NCBI GenBank assembly: GCA_965217185.1
Contig: OZ244252.1
Span: 3,480,338-3,544,337 of the forward strand
Length of the DNA: 64,000 nt
DNA from: an uncultured Candidatus Entotheonella sp.
GTDB lineage: Bacteria > Tectomicrobia > Entotheonellia > Entotheonellales > Entotheonellaceae
Reading direction: 5' to 3'
Below the pieces are notes generated by a model that had not been told where the DNA came from, made no database searches, and saw nothing but the letters and a program-made list of their open reading frames with translations. Position 1 is the first letter of the stretch, and each line of letters opens with the position of its first letter. Shown piece by piece: positions 9,256-18,506 of this stretch. The position numbers and the translations under genes were made by a program.

Positions 9256-10218
9256 TCAACCAGCAGGTCCGCGCAACTGTGCCAGAAGCGTCGCCATGTC
9301 CGTCGGAACGGGCGACGAAAACGTCATGCCGCCGCCGTGCGTCGGGTGCTGAAACTGCACCTGCGCGGCGTGCAACGCCTGCCGCGAAAAGGACCGCATG
9401 GCCTGCTCCAGCGCCGGCTGACCCGGCCAGTGGCGGGCGCCGGGTCCGTAGGTGGCGTCGCCCAGCACGGGGTGGCCGAGGGAAAGCAGGTGCACACGGA
9501 TCTGATGCGTGCGGCCCGTCTCCAGAGCCAGTTCCAGCAGGCTGAGGGCGCCCCACGCTTCGAGCACCCGGTAATGGGTGCGCGCTTCCCGGCCGCCGCG
9601 TGCCACAACGGCCATTTTCTTGCGCTGGGTGGGGTGTCGGCCAACCGGCGCGTCGATTGTTCCCTCTTGCGCCGGCATCGCACCATGCACCAGCGCCTGG
9701 TAGCGCCGCCGCAGCGTTCTCGCCTTGAGTTGCGCCGCCAAATGGCGATGGCTGCGGTCGTGCTTGGCCACCACCAGCAGCCCGGAGGTGTCCTTGTCCA
9801 ACCGGTGGATGATGCCCGGGCGCTCCTCGCCGCCGATGCCCGAGAGTGATCGGCAGTGAAACAGCAGCGCGTTGACCAGCGTGCCGCTGGGATGCCCGGG
9901 CGCTGGATGGACGACCAGACCGGCCGGCTTGTCGATCACCAGCAGATCGTCGTCTTCGTGCAGGATGTTCAGCGCCAGGGGCTCGGCGGCAAGATCGGAG
10001 GGACGCGGCGGCGGGACGTGCAGGTCGATGGTTTCGCCCTCGCGCACCCGGTAGTTGACGGATGCCGGGCCATTCGCGGCGGCCGCTTGCCCCTCCTGAA
10101 TGAGCCGCTGGACCTGCGTGCGTGACAGATCGGTGAGGTGCGACGCGAGGTACTTGTCGAGCCGCATGCCGGCGTCTTCAGCCGCGACGACCAAGGTGAA
10201 CCGCTGACCCGCGCTCAA
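9256..10218 (-). CDS. rluD: RluA-family 23S rRNA pseudouridine synthase (RluD-like)
   Basis: N-terminal S4 domain and the catalytic HRLDKDTSGLLVVAK motif. C-terminal motif GRTHQIRVHL. Confidence 0.85.
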   Translation of the reverse strand: MSAGQRFTLVVAAEDAGMRLDKYLASHLTDLSRTQVQRLIQEGQAAAANGPASVNYRVREGETIDLHVPPPRPSDLAAEPLALNILHEDDDLLVIDKPAGLVVHPAPGHPSGTLVNALLFHCRSLSGIGGEERPGIIHRLDKDTSGLLVVAKHDRSHRHLAAQLKARTLRRRYQALVHGAMPAQEGTIDAPVGRHPTQRKKMAVVARGGREARTHYRVLEAWGALSLLELALETGRTHQIRVHLLSLGHPVLGDATYGPGARHWPGQPALEQAMRSFSRQALHAAQVQFQHPTHGGGMTFSSPVPTDMATLLAQLRGPAG

Positions 10219-10709
10219 CTCTCGGTCCTCGCGGTACGGAACGCGTCGAGGACCAGCAACCCCACGCCCACGCAGATGGCGCTGTCCGCCACGTTGAAGG
10301 CGGGCCAGTGGTAGACGTCATACCAATGTACGTCGAGAAAGTCGATCACCTGCCCGATACGAAAGCGGTCGATGCCGTTGCCCGCAGCGCCGCCGATTAG
10401 CAGGCAGACGCCCCACAGCGTCAGGGGCTGGGAGGCAGGCAGGCGCGACAGGTACCACAACAGCGCCACCACCGCCAGCACGGTGACAGCCGGGAAGAAA
10501 ATGCGCAGAACGGCCGGGTCGTAGCGGGCCAGCAGGCCGAAGGCGGAACCGGAATTGCGCACGTAGGTGAGGGCGAAGAAGTTCTCCACCAGCGGGCGGG
10601 ATTCGTACAACGCGAAGGTGTTGTGCACGTGGAGCTTGGTGGCTTGATCGAGGACCAGAACAAGGCCGGCAACCCAGCCCAACAGACGCCATCTGCTGCG
10701 TACTTGCAT
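10215..10709 (-). CDS. lspA: Lipoprotein signal peptidase II
   Basis: 164-aa polytopic protein with NSGSAFGL and IDFLDVHWYDVYHWPAFNVADSAI motifs. Confidence 0.9.
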   Translation of the reverse strand: MQVRSRWRLLGWVAGLVLVLDQATKLHVHNTFALYESRPLVENFFALTYVRNSGSAFGLLARYDPAVLRIFFPAVTVLAVVALLWYLSRLPASQPLTLWGVCLLIGGAAGNGIDRFRIGQVIDFLDVHWYDVYHWPAFNVADSAICVGVGLLVLDAFRTARTES

Positions 10710-10732
10710 GCCTGCTCCCTGCCGTGCGCCGC

Positions 10733-11719
10733 TCAGATGTGCATGGCGTCGCGCACTTCCGCCATCGTCTCCTGCGCGACCTGGCGGGCGCGTTGGCTGC
10801 CGTCGCGCATCACGTCCATCGCCTCGTCCGGGTGCGCGGTGTAGTGGGCGCGCTTCTCGTGCAGGGGCTGCAGGTCCTCCACCATGCGGTTGATTACCTT
10901 GCCCTTGCAGTCGATGCAGCCGATGCCCGCGGTGCGGCAGCCCTGCGCCACCTCCTGCCGCTCCTCCTCGGTGCTGTAGATGCGATGGAAGTCGAACACC
11001 GGGCAGAGGTCCGGTTCGCCGGGGTCCGTTCTCCGCTTGCGCGCCGGGTCGGTCATCATCACCTTGACCTTTTTCGCCAGCGTGTCCGGGCTGTCGGACA
11101 GGTAGATGACGTTGTTGTAGCTCTTGCTCATTTTGCGCCCGTCGAGGCCCGGCAGCTTGGGCACCTCGGTCAGTTTCGGCTGCGGCTCCGGGAAGACGGC
11201 GCGGTCGTACGTGTGATTGAAGCGCCGCACGATCTCGCGGCTGAGCTCCACGTGCGACACCTGGTCGGCGCCCACGGGCACCCAGTTGGCCTTGTACATG
11301 ATGATGTCGGCGGTTTGCAGCAGGGGGTAGCCGAGGAAGCCGTAGGTGTTGAGTTCGCGGTCCTTGATTTCCTGCTGCTGCTCCTTGAACGTCGGCACGC
11401 GCTCCAGCCAGGCGAGCGGCGTCAGCATCGACAGCAGCAGGTGCAGTTCGGCGTGCTCCGGCACCTGCGACTGGACGAACAGCACGCTTTCGTCCGGGTC
11501 GAGCCCGGCGCTGAGGTAGTCGATGGCGATTTCCCGCACCCAGGTGCGAATCTGAGCCGTGTCCGCGTAGCCGGTGGTCAGGGCGTGCCAGTCGGCGATG
11601 AAGTAGAAGGCCTCATAGTCCTTCTGCAACTGCACCCAATTTTGCAGGGCGCCGAGAAGGTTGCCCAGGTGCAGCGTGCCGGACGACCGCATGCCACTCA
11701 GAATCCGCTCTTTCGTCAT
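10733..11719 (-). CDS. trpS: Tryptophan--tRNA ligase
   Basis: SGMRSSGTLHLGNLLGA (HIGH-type motif) and KMSKS are both present. 328 aa. Confidence 0.95.
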   Translation of the reverse strand: MTKERILSGMRSSGTLHLGNLLGALQNWVQLQKDYEAFYFIADWHALTTGYADTAQIRTWVREIAIDYLSAGLDPDESVLFVQSQVPEHAELHLLLSMLTPLAWLERVPTFKEQQQEIKDRELNTYGFLGYPLLQTADIIMYKANWVPVGADQVSHVELSREIVRRFNHTYDRAVFPEPQPKLTEVPKLPGLDGRKMSKSYNNVIYLSDSPDTLAKKVKVMMTDPARKRRTDPGEPDLCPVFDFHRIYSTEEERQEVAQGCRTAGIGCIDCKGKVINRMVEDLQPLHEKRAHYTAHPDEAMDVMRDGSQRARQVAQETMAEVRDAMHI

Positions 11720-11802
11720 GCTGTTTCCTTAAACGACAGGGAGGGAAAATCTTTGGAGAAAAACGCCTCGGACGGGCGTCTTGGCGCAAGCGTTGGAGCG
11801 CT

Positions 11803-11831
11803 AATGTATCGAATCGTCCTGGGGGCGTCAA
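11803..11831 (-). promoter_or_regulatory. Candidate sigma-70 promoter of trpS
   Basis: On the minus strand: TTGACG, a 17-nt spacer, then TACATT, about 85 nt upstream of the trpS ATG. Confidence 0.35.
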
Positions 11832-12191
11832 GCAACTGTACGGGCTCGACAGGATCACATTAGGGGTCGGCTCGACTGCGGTTCGGGTGTCTGGACCGGC
11901 TCCAGATGGTACCGTTGGGCGAGCTGCTTTTTGGGGAGCTATTGGGCCAATGATGAGGCCTCGGGCACGGTTGACCGCCGCCCGGGTGCCGCTCTCACGG
12001 CGCATTCGCCACTTTGCGCGTGGCGCTGTGAGTCTGATAAATTGGCAGGTATAAAGCGGCACAGTTCGCATACTTACATTAACCTCAACCTCGAAAGGCA
12101 GCAAACCTGTTGTCCGGGGGTCGCCCTGCGCAACTCGACGCCACTGGACAGCACCCACGGCAGGCCAAATTACTTCTTGGAGAACACTGGG

Positions 12192-12764
12192 ATGAAGTCA
12201 GAGAAGATAAAAATATGCAAGGCGCGCCGGCGATGGCCGGAGGCCTTGTCCGTCATGTTGCTGTTTCTGGCGGGCGCCCACGCCGCCGCGCAGGGGCAAG
12301 ACGCGCCGTTGCACGTCATGCGCTCGGCGACCCTTGAGCGGCCCTTGCTGGTCATGTCCACCGGCGCGTCCGCGCCCGGCGAGGTATACGTGGATGACGT
12401 CCGTATCCGCGTCGCCATCGAAGACGGCGCCCGTGTCTATCGGGTATTCCACCGAGGCATCACGCGTACCCTGCACGTCGCCCTGGACGCCTCGCTGCGC
12501 TACGTGGCCTTCGACCCCGAACGTAACCGCTTCGAGCTGCTGTCAAACGGTCTGCGGGTCGAGTTGGAGGACTACGGACTGCTTGACCAGATCGTCGCTG
12601 CGGTCGGCGGCACCGGCGGCAAGGCGTATCCGATGCTGGGATTCGCCATCGTGCAGTTGTCGCCGCAGGCCAATCCGGTGGACGTCACCGAGGCCATCGA
12701 AGCCCTGCCGGGCGTAACGGACGTGCGACTGATGCTCAGGGGGCCGATTCGTGTACCAAACTAA
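12192..12764 (+). CDS. Secreted protein with a peptidase-inhibitor-I9 (subtilisin propeptide)-like C-terminal half
   Basis: Start chosen at MKSEKIK, followed by a signal-like segment LSVMLLFLAGAHAAAQG. The C-terminal region YPMLGFAIVQLSPQANPVDVTEAIEALPGVTDVRLML resembles I9 prodomains. Its end overlaps the S8 protease gene start by 14 nt. Confidence 0.5.
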   Translation: MKSEKIKICKARRRWPEALSVMLLFLAGAHAAAQGQDAPLHVMRSATLERPLLVMSTGASAPGEVYVDDVRIRVAIEDGARVYRVFHRGITRTLHVALDASLRYVAFDPERNRFELLSNGLRVELEDYGLLDQIVAAVGGTGGKAYPMLGFAIVQLSPQANPVDVTEAIEALPGVTDVRLMLRGPIRVPN

Positions 12765-15700
12765 CACTACGATTAGCAGCTCGATTCCGGCCGTGCTCCT
12801 GGCGGTCGCCCTGATTCTGGGCATCGCCGGCTGCGACGTAAGCGACGATAGGGACCTCGTACCGACCTTCGAACAGAGCAGTATTTCGGACAAGACTTAC
12901 GTCCAGAACCTGGCGATCGACAGCGAAACGCTGCCAGAGGCCATCGGCGGCGACGGCACGCTGACCTACACCATTTCACCGGACCTGCCGGCGGGCCTGG
13001 CCTTTGAGCCGGTGACACGGCTGCTGTCCGGCACCCCCACCGTGTCGCAGTCGGCGACCCTGTACACCTACACGGCAACGGATAGCGATACGGCGGACCC
13101 GGACTCGGCGTCGCTGACCTTCACCATCACGGTGGAGGAAGACCTCGTGCCGACCTTTGAACAGAGCAACATCCCGGACAAGAGTTACGTCCACCACCTG
13201 GCGATCGACAGCGAGACCCTGCCAGCGGCCACCGGCGGCGACGGCACGCTGACCTACGCCATTTCCCCGCACCTGCCGGCGGGCCTGACCTTTGACCCGG
13301 CGACGCGCCTGCTATCCGGCACCCCCACCACGGCGCAGCCGGCAACCCTCTACACCTACACGGCAACGGACAGCGATACGGTAGACCCGGACTCGGCGTC
13401 GCTGACCTTCAGCATCACGGTGAGAGACCTCATGCCGACCTTCGAACAGGCCAGCATCCCGGACAAAAGCTACGACCGGGACCTGCCGATCGACAGCGAG
13501 ACGCTGCCGGCGGCCACCGGCGGCGACGGGGCGCTGACCTACGCCATTTCCCCGCACCTGCCGGCGGGCCTGACCTTTGACCCGGCGACGCGCCTGCTAT
13601 CCGGTACGCCCACCACGGCGCAGCCGGCAACCCTCTACACCTACACGGCAACGGACAGCGATGCGGTAGACCCGGACTCGGCGTCGCTGACCTTCAGGGT
13701 CACGGTGGAGGCAGTGGCTTCGGTGAGCATCTCGGCCGCCGCCACTGAAGTGAACGAAGGCGACGACCGCCGGCCCATCGGCGTCACGCTGACGCTGAGC
13801 GAGGCCGTCACGGGCGAGGTCGCCATTGCCCTGGCCTCCACCGGCACCGCGCGGCTGGGCAGTGACTTCGACCTCGCCAGCACCGAAGTCACGGTCGTCG
13901 AGGGCAGCACCCAAGCCACGACGACGATCACACCGATTCGCGACCTGGAGGCGGAATACGATGAAATCATCACCCTCAAGATCGACTCGGTTGCCGGCAG
14001 AGGCGAAATCGGCGCGCCGTCGTCGGTCCGTATCGTCATCCGCGACCTCGGCGCGCCGCTGCCGAACGAATACGCGGTGTTGGACGCGTATATGCTGTTA
14101 TGGGGCGGCGAGACATACGACATCGACACAGACGCCCTCTACTTGACCTATATCGTCAGGAACACCGGCCGTGTCGCCGCGTCTCCCACCGAGGCCATCT
14201 TGTTAACCACGACGGACTTGTTCTCCCAAACCATCCCTTTCCGGCCGCTCTCCACCCGGTCGGTGCCTGCCCTGGAGCCGAATGGTTCACGGTTCTTTGA
14301 CACGATCTCGGTTTCGTTCGACGAATTGGTCCCCGGCAGCAACAACTACCTTGTGCTCGTGGTCCGGCCGGTCGCCGAAGAGGACCCGGACGGCAGGGGC
14401 GGCGTGGAGGACTACACCGCCGTTTTTCTGAGCGACGGACACCGTATCCCCACTACCTGCACGGGCTTCGAGCGAGACACCAAGCCGGGAACCCGGGATT
14501 CCCTATTCGAGCAGCAGTGGGCGCTCCGCAACACCGGCCAGATGTCCTTCGCCGCCAACGGCGGGGTGGCCGGCCAGGACCTGAACATGGGGCGGACGCT
14601 GGTCGACGGTCCAACCGGCGCCGGGGTGCAGGTGGCCGTGGTGGACACCGGCCTGGAAATCTGCCACCCGGACCTCGCCGCCAACGTCGAACCCGGTCTG
14701 TCATACAACTTCAATCACCCGGACTGGCTCGGCGCACGGGCCGACGATCCGTTCCTGCCGACGGTGCTGGGCGATCACGGCACCAGCGTGGCCGGACTGA
14801 TCGCCGCGGCGGCGAACAACGGCGTCGGCGGGCGCGGCGTGGCGCCGGAAGCGCGCCTGCGCGGTTTCAATTTCCTTTCGTTTCCTCTGACGTCCGCATA
14901 TCTCGATGCTCTCGGCATGAGCAGCGAGAGCCCACAGTCCGACGACGTGCACGTCTTCAACATGAGTTTTGGCTCCTCCGGCAGCGCAGAGAACCTGACG
15001 GTTGACGAGAGGGAACTGTTCCGGGTCGGCGTCATAGATCTCCGGGACGGCCGGGGCGCTCTGTACGTCAAGGCCGCCGGCAACCAATTCGACGACTGCA
15101 CCGAGCTGGACGACGATCGACAGCCGGTTGCGCCGCGGCTCGATCTCAGCGCCGAACTCGGCTGCTTCGCCGCCAACCTGGATGGCGAAAACAACCTGCC
15201 CTACGTGATCGTGGCAGGCGGCTTCAGCGCCAACGGCAAACGCTCGAGCTACTCGTCTGCTGGCGCCACCTTGTGGGTGGTGGCCCCGGCAGGGGAATTT
15301 GGCTCGGATCACCCGGCCATGATCACCACCGACCAGATGGGTAGCGACCGCGGCTATGTGCAGTTCGGCCGCGGCTTGATCGCTGGCACCGAGGCCAACC
15401 CGCTGGGTGATTACATCAGCCTCTTCAACGGCACCTCGGCCGCCGCCCCCAATGCGTCGGGCGCTATCGCCCTGCTGCTGGAGACGCAGCCTGAACTCAC
15501 TTGGCGCGACGTGAAGCACATCCTCGCCAAAACGGCCCGCCGGCTGGACGCAGACATCCCCCGCGTGCGGGCGGCATTCGGCGGCACGCCGGCGGTGCTG
15601 CAGCACGGCTGGATCACCAATGCCGCCGGCTACCACTTCCACAACTGGTACGGCTTCGGCGCCATCGACGTGGACGCCGCGGTGGCTTTTGCCGCTACCC

Positions 15701-16125
15701 ATGCCCCGAACAGCCTGGGCGTGTTCACCCAAAGCGCCCCTGTGCGGCTGGCTACTGCCGTTACCATACCGGACCACGACGGCGGCGGCCTGACGCAGAC
15801 CCAGAACGTCACGGGCCTGTCCCGCACCGCCAACATCGAGGCGGTGCAACTGCGCATCGAGGTGACGCACCCCAGCCCCCACGAACTCGGCTTTGAACTG
15901 ATGTCGCCGGCGGGCACCCGAAGCATCATCAATCCGGTGTTCAACGAGGCCCTGTACGGTGTCGACAACCCCCTCGACTGGACGATCCTCAGCAACGCCT
16001 TCTACGCCGAGCCGCCAACCGGCGAATGGACGCTCAACGTCATTGATGCTGCCGAGGGCAACATCGGCATCCTTGGTTCCTGGTCGCTGATTTTCTACCT
16101 GGGGGAGCACCCGGAAGACCGTTAA
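12751..16125 (+). CDS. Lipoprotein with three Ig-like (He_PIG/cadherin-like) repeats, a Calx-beta domain, a kexin/furin-like subtilase S8 domain and a P-domain
   Basis: Lipobox LILGIAGC. Catalytic triad contexts VAVVDTGLE, DHGTSVAGL and GTSAAAPNASG. The Calx-beta-like region contains VNEGD and DFDL. The C-terminal proprotein-convertase P-domain-like segment runs QLRIEVTHPSPHELGFELMSPAGT...GEWTLNVID. Confidence 0.8.
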   Translation: MYQTNTTISSSIPAVLLAVALILGIAGCDVSDDRDLVPTFEQSSISDKTYVQNLAIDSETLPEAIGGDGTLTYTISPDLPAGLAFEPVTRLLSGTPTVSQSATLYTYTATDSDTADPDSASLTFTITVEEDLVPTFEQSNIPDKSYVHHLAIDSETLPAATGGDGTLTYAISPHLPAGLTFDPATRLLSGTPTTAQPATLYTYTATDSDTVDPDSASLTFSITVRDLMPTFEQASIPDKSYDRDLPIDSETLPAATGGDGALTYAISPHLPAGLTFDPATRLLSGTPTTAQPATLYTYTATDSDAVDPDSASLTFRVTVEAVASVSISAAATEVNEGDDRRPIGVTLTLSEAVTGEVAIALASTGTARLGSDFDLASTEVTVVEGSTQATTTITPIRDLEAEYDEIITLKIDSVAGRGEIGAPSSVRIVIRDLGAPLPNEYAVLDAYMLLWGGETYDIDTDALYLTYIVRNTGRVAASPTEAILLTTTDLFSQTIPFRPLSTRSVPALEPNGSRFFDTISVSFDELVPGSNNYLVLVVRPVAEEDPDGRGGVEDYTAVFLSDGHRIPTTCTGFERDTKPGTRDSLFEQQWALRNTGQMSFAANGGVAGQDLNMGRTLVDGPTGAGVQVAVVDTGLEICHPDLAANVEPGLSYNFNHPDWLGARADDPFLPTVLGDHGTSVAGLIAAAANNGVGGRGVAPEARLRGFNFLSFPLTSAYLDALGMSSESPQSDDVHVFNMSFGSSGSAENLTVDERELFRVGVIDLRDGRGALYVKAAGNQFDDCTELDDDRQPVAPRLDLSAELGCFAANLDGENNLPYVIVAGGFSANGKRSSYSSAGATLWVVAPAGEFGSDHPAMITTDQMGSDRGYVQFGRGLIAGTEANPLGDYISLFNGTSAAAPNASGAIALLLETQPELTWRDVKHILAKTARRLDADIPRVRAAFGGTPAVLQHGWITNAAGYHFHNWYGFGAIDVDAAVAFAATHAPNSLGVFTQSAPVRLATAVTIPDHDGGGLTQTQNVTGLSRTANIEAVQLRIEVTHPSPHELGFELMSPAGTRSIINPVFNEALYGVDNPLDWTILSNAFYAEPPTGEWTLNVIDAAEGNIGILGSWSLIFYLGEHPEDR
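12853..13710 (+). repeat. Three tandem coding repeats of about 285-288 bp (Ig-like modules)
   Basis: Units start at 12853, 13141 and 13426, each with GACCT(C/C)(G/A)T(A/G)CCGACCTT. Units 2 and 3 share long identical stretches. Confidence 0.85.
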
Positions 16126-16193
16126 GAAAGCGTTTCCGCGTCCGGCGACTTGTTTCCACAAATACTCAACTTCAGATAAGAAGGACCGAATAG

Positions 16194-17846
16194 ATGGCTG
16201 CGTTCCAATACCAGGAGTTGTTCGAGCACCACGCCGATACCACGCCGTACCGGCAGCTCACCTCCGATTACGTCTCCACCGCCACGTTTGGCGATCAGGA
16301 GATTTTGCAGGTCGCGCCCAAGGCGCTGACGCTGATCGCCCGCGAAGCCATGGACGACGTGGCCCACCTGCTGCGCAGCAGCCATCTCAAACAGTTGGCC
16401 GCCATCCTCGACGATCCCGAAGCCTCTCCCAATGACCGTTTTGTGGCTCTCGAACTGCTCAAGAACGCCAACATTGCCGCCAGCCGCGTGCTGCCCGGCT
16501 GCCAGGACACCGGCACGGCCATCGCCATCGGCTACAAGGGCGAGAACGTCTTCACCTTCGCCAACGACGCCGAGGCACTGTCGCGGGGCATCTATCAGGC
16601 GTACGACGAGCGTAACCTGCGCTACTCGCAAATGGCGCCGCTCGACATGTACAGCGAGAAGAACACCGGCACCAACCTGCCGGCGCAGGTCGAGCTGTAC
16701 GCCGAGCCGGGCGGCGAATACCGCTTCCTGTTCATTGCCAAGGGCGGCGGGTCGGCGAACAAGACCTTTCTGTACCAGGAAACCAAGGCCCTGCTGAACC
16801 CGGCGTCGCTGCTCAAGTTCATCGCCGAGAAGATCCGCAGCATCGGCACCTCGGCCTGCCCGCCCTACCATCTGGCGCTGGTCGTCGGCGGCCTGTCAGC
16901 GGAGCTGACGCTCAAGACCGTGAAGCTGGCCAGCACGCATTACCTGGACGACCTGCCGACCTCGGGCAACGAGCTGGGGCGCGCTTTCCGGGACATCGAG
17001 CTAGAGCGGAAAATCTTCGACCTGTGCGTGCAAACCGGCATCGGGGCGCAATTCGGCGGCAAGTATTTCGCCCACGACGTGCGTGTCATCCGGCTGCCGC
17101 GCCACGGCGCCTCCTGCCCGGTCGGCCTCGGCGTATCGTGCGCCGCAGACCGGCAGATTCTCGGCAAGATCACCAGGGACGGGGTCTTCCTGGAGCAACT
17201 CGAAACCAACCCGGCGCAGTATCTGCCGGAGGTCATGGAGGACGACCTGAGCGGCGAGGTGGTGGCCGTGGACCTCAACCAGCCGATGCCCGACATTCTC
17301 GCCCGCCTGCGCCAATACCCGGTCGGCACCCGTCTGGGCCTCAGCGGCCCCATGGTGGTGGCGCGCGACATCGCCCACGCCCGGCTCAAGGACCGGCTCG
17401 ACGCCGGCGACGGGCTGCCGCAGTACATCAAGGATCACGTCATTTATTACGCCGGGCCCGCCAAGAAGCCCGACGGCTACGCCTCCGGCTCCTTCGGCCC
17501 TACCACCGCCGGGCGCATGGACGCCTACGTGGACGCCTTCCAGAGCCTCGGCGGCAGCATGGTCATGCTGGCCAAGGGCAACCGCTCCGCACAGGTGAGC
17601 CAAGCCTGCGGCGCCCACGGCGGCTTCTACCTCGGCTCCATCGGCGGCCCTGCCGCCCGCCTCGCCGAGCACAGCATCAAAAACGTCGAAGTGTTGGAGT
17701 ATGAAGATCTCGGCATGGAAGCCATCTGGCGCATTGACGTGGAAGACTTCCCCGCCTTCATCGTCATCAACCACGAGGGCAAGGATTTCTACGGCGAGCT
17801 GGCCGAGAGGTTCCAGCCGCTGGTGCAGTTGGAAGGCGCCGTGTAA
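16194..17846 (+). CDS. fumA: Class I (Fe-S) fumarate hydratase
   Basis: Collinear over its full length with the E. coli FumA-type sequence: [82 protein letters not shown]. 550 aa. Confidence 0.9.
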   Translation: MAAFQYQELFEHHADTTPYRQLTSDYVSTATFGDQEILQVAPKALTLIAREAMDDVAHLLRSSHLKQLAAILDDPEASPNDRFVALELLKNANIAASRVLPGCQDTGTAIAIGYKGENVFTFANDAEALSRGIYQAYDERNLRYSQMAPLDMYSEKNTGTNLPAQVELYAEPGGEYRFLFIAKGGGSANKTFLYQETKALLNPASLLKFIAEKIRSIGTSACPPYHLALVVGGLSAELTLKTVKLASTHYLDDLPTSGNELGRAFRDIELERKIFDLCVQTGIGAQFGGKYFAHDVRVIRLPRHGASCPVGLGVSCAADRQILGKITRDGVFLEQLETNPAQYLPEVMEDDLSGEVVAVDLNQPMPDILARLRQYPVGTRLGLSGPMVVARDIAHARLKDRLDAGDGLPQYIKDHVIYYAGPAKKPDGYASGSFGPTTAGRMDAYVDAFQSLGGSMVMLAKGNRSAQVSQACGAHGGFYLGSIGGPAARLAEHSIKNVEVLEYEDLGMEAIWRIDVEDFPAFIVINHEGKDFYGELAERFQPLVQLEGAV

Positions 17847-17914
17847 TACTCGCCGCCCGTGAGACGGCAGGACACCGCGGACGGCAGAGGACCCATCATG
17901 AACGGAGGCAGGTT

Positions 17915-18331
17915 ATGAAATCGAGCGTCCCGTCGGTGCTCTGGCCGATACTGCTCATCGGCCTCGGCTTGGTGTTGCCCGGATGCGTGCCAGCGCCGCA
18001 ACCCCTTACGGAACGAAATGCCGCCCTGACCCAGGGGAACATCCAGATGAACCTGGTCGTCGGCCAGACGACCAAGGCCGAGGTGCTGGAGACCTTCGGG
18101 GCGCCGAACATCACCACCCGCGACGGCAGCGGCCGGGAGGTCTGGACCTACCAGAGAGCCGCGCAGGTGTCGCAGTCGTCGAGCCGCTCCGGCTACTGGA
18201 CGGTCATCCTCGGCGGCCAGAGCTCGTCGGCTTCCGGCTTCGAGAGCGGCTCGCGGATGATTACGCTCATCATCAAGTTCGACAGCAGCGACGTGGTGAC
18301 GGATTTCCGCAGCCGGACCTCCGATTTCTAG
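17915..18331 (+). CDS. Lipoprotein, SmpA/OmlA (BamE)-like
   Basis: Lipobox LVLPGC, then GQTTKAEVLETFGAPN...GREVWTY, which resembles the BamE fold signature. Confidence 0.5.
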   Translation: MKSSVPSVLWPILLIGLGLVLPGCVPAPQPLTERNAALTQGNIQMNLVVGQTTKAEVLETFGAPNITTRDGSGREVWTYQRAAQVSQSSSRSGYWTVILGGQSSSASGFESGSRMITLIIKFDSSDVVTDFRSRTSDF

Positions 18332-18350
18332 AGCGTTTCCGTATCAAGCT

Positions 18351-18440
18351 GTAGGTCGGATTAGCGAAGCGTAATCCGACATTCCACTGCGCCGCTTAGG
18401 CTTCTGCTGTCGGGTTATGCCCACGGCTGACCCGACCTAC
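18351..18440. repeat. Pair of REP-like palindromes in opposite orientation (BIME-like)
   Basis: 18351-18380 reads GTAGGTCGGATTA-GCGAAGCG-TAATCCGAC. 18409-18440 reads GTCGGGTTA-N10-TGACCCGAC-CTAC. Confidence 0.6.
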
Positions 18441-18506
18441 TTGAAGCTACCAGTCCACACATGATTCAATTCGATACAGAAATTTTCTAGGTCCGAAGGA
18501 GAGGCC

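Noticed and set aside
11720-12190. A T-box riboswitch or other known leader in front of trpS.
   Set aside because: I could not find the T-box consensus (AANNNGGGUGGUACCGCG) or a specifier-loop arrangement on the minus strand. Only a short hairpin plus U-run is present, and that is reported separately at low interest.
14701-16161. Long antisense or alternative-frame ORFs throughout the window. Examples: 14701-16161(-), 16122-16871(-), 7992-9140(+), 10724-11863(+), 33795-34766(-), 35541-37064(-), 47186-48409(-), 53988-55100(-), 57249-58382(+), 52485-53543(+).
   Set aside because: They lie opposite or out of frame to ORFs with clear family signatures. Their Arg/Gly/Ala/Pro-rich, motif-free composition is typical of shadow ORFs in high-G+C DNA.
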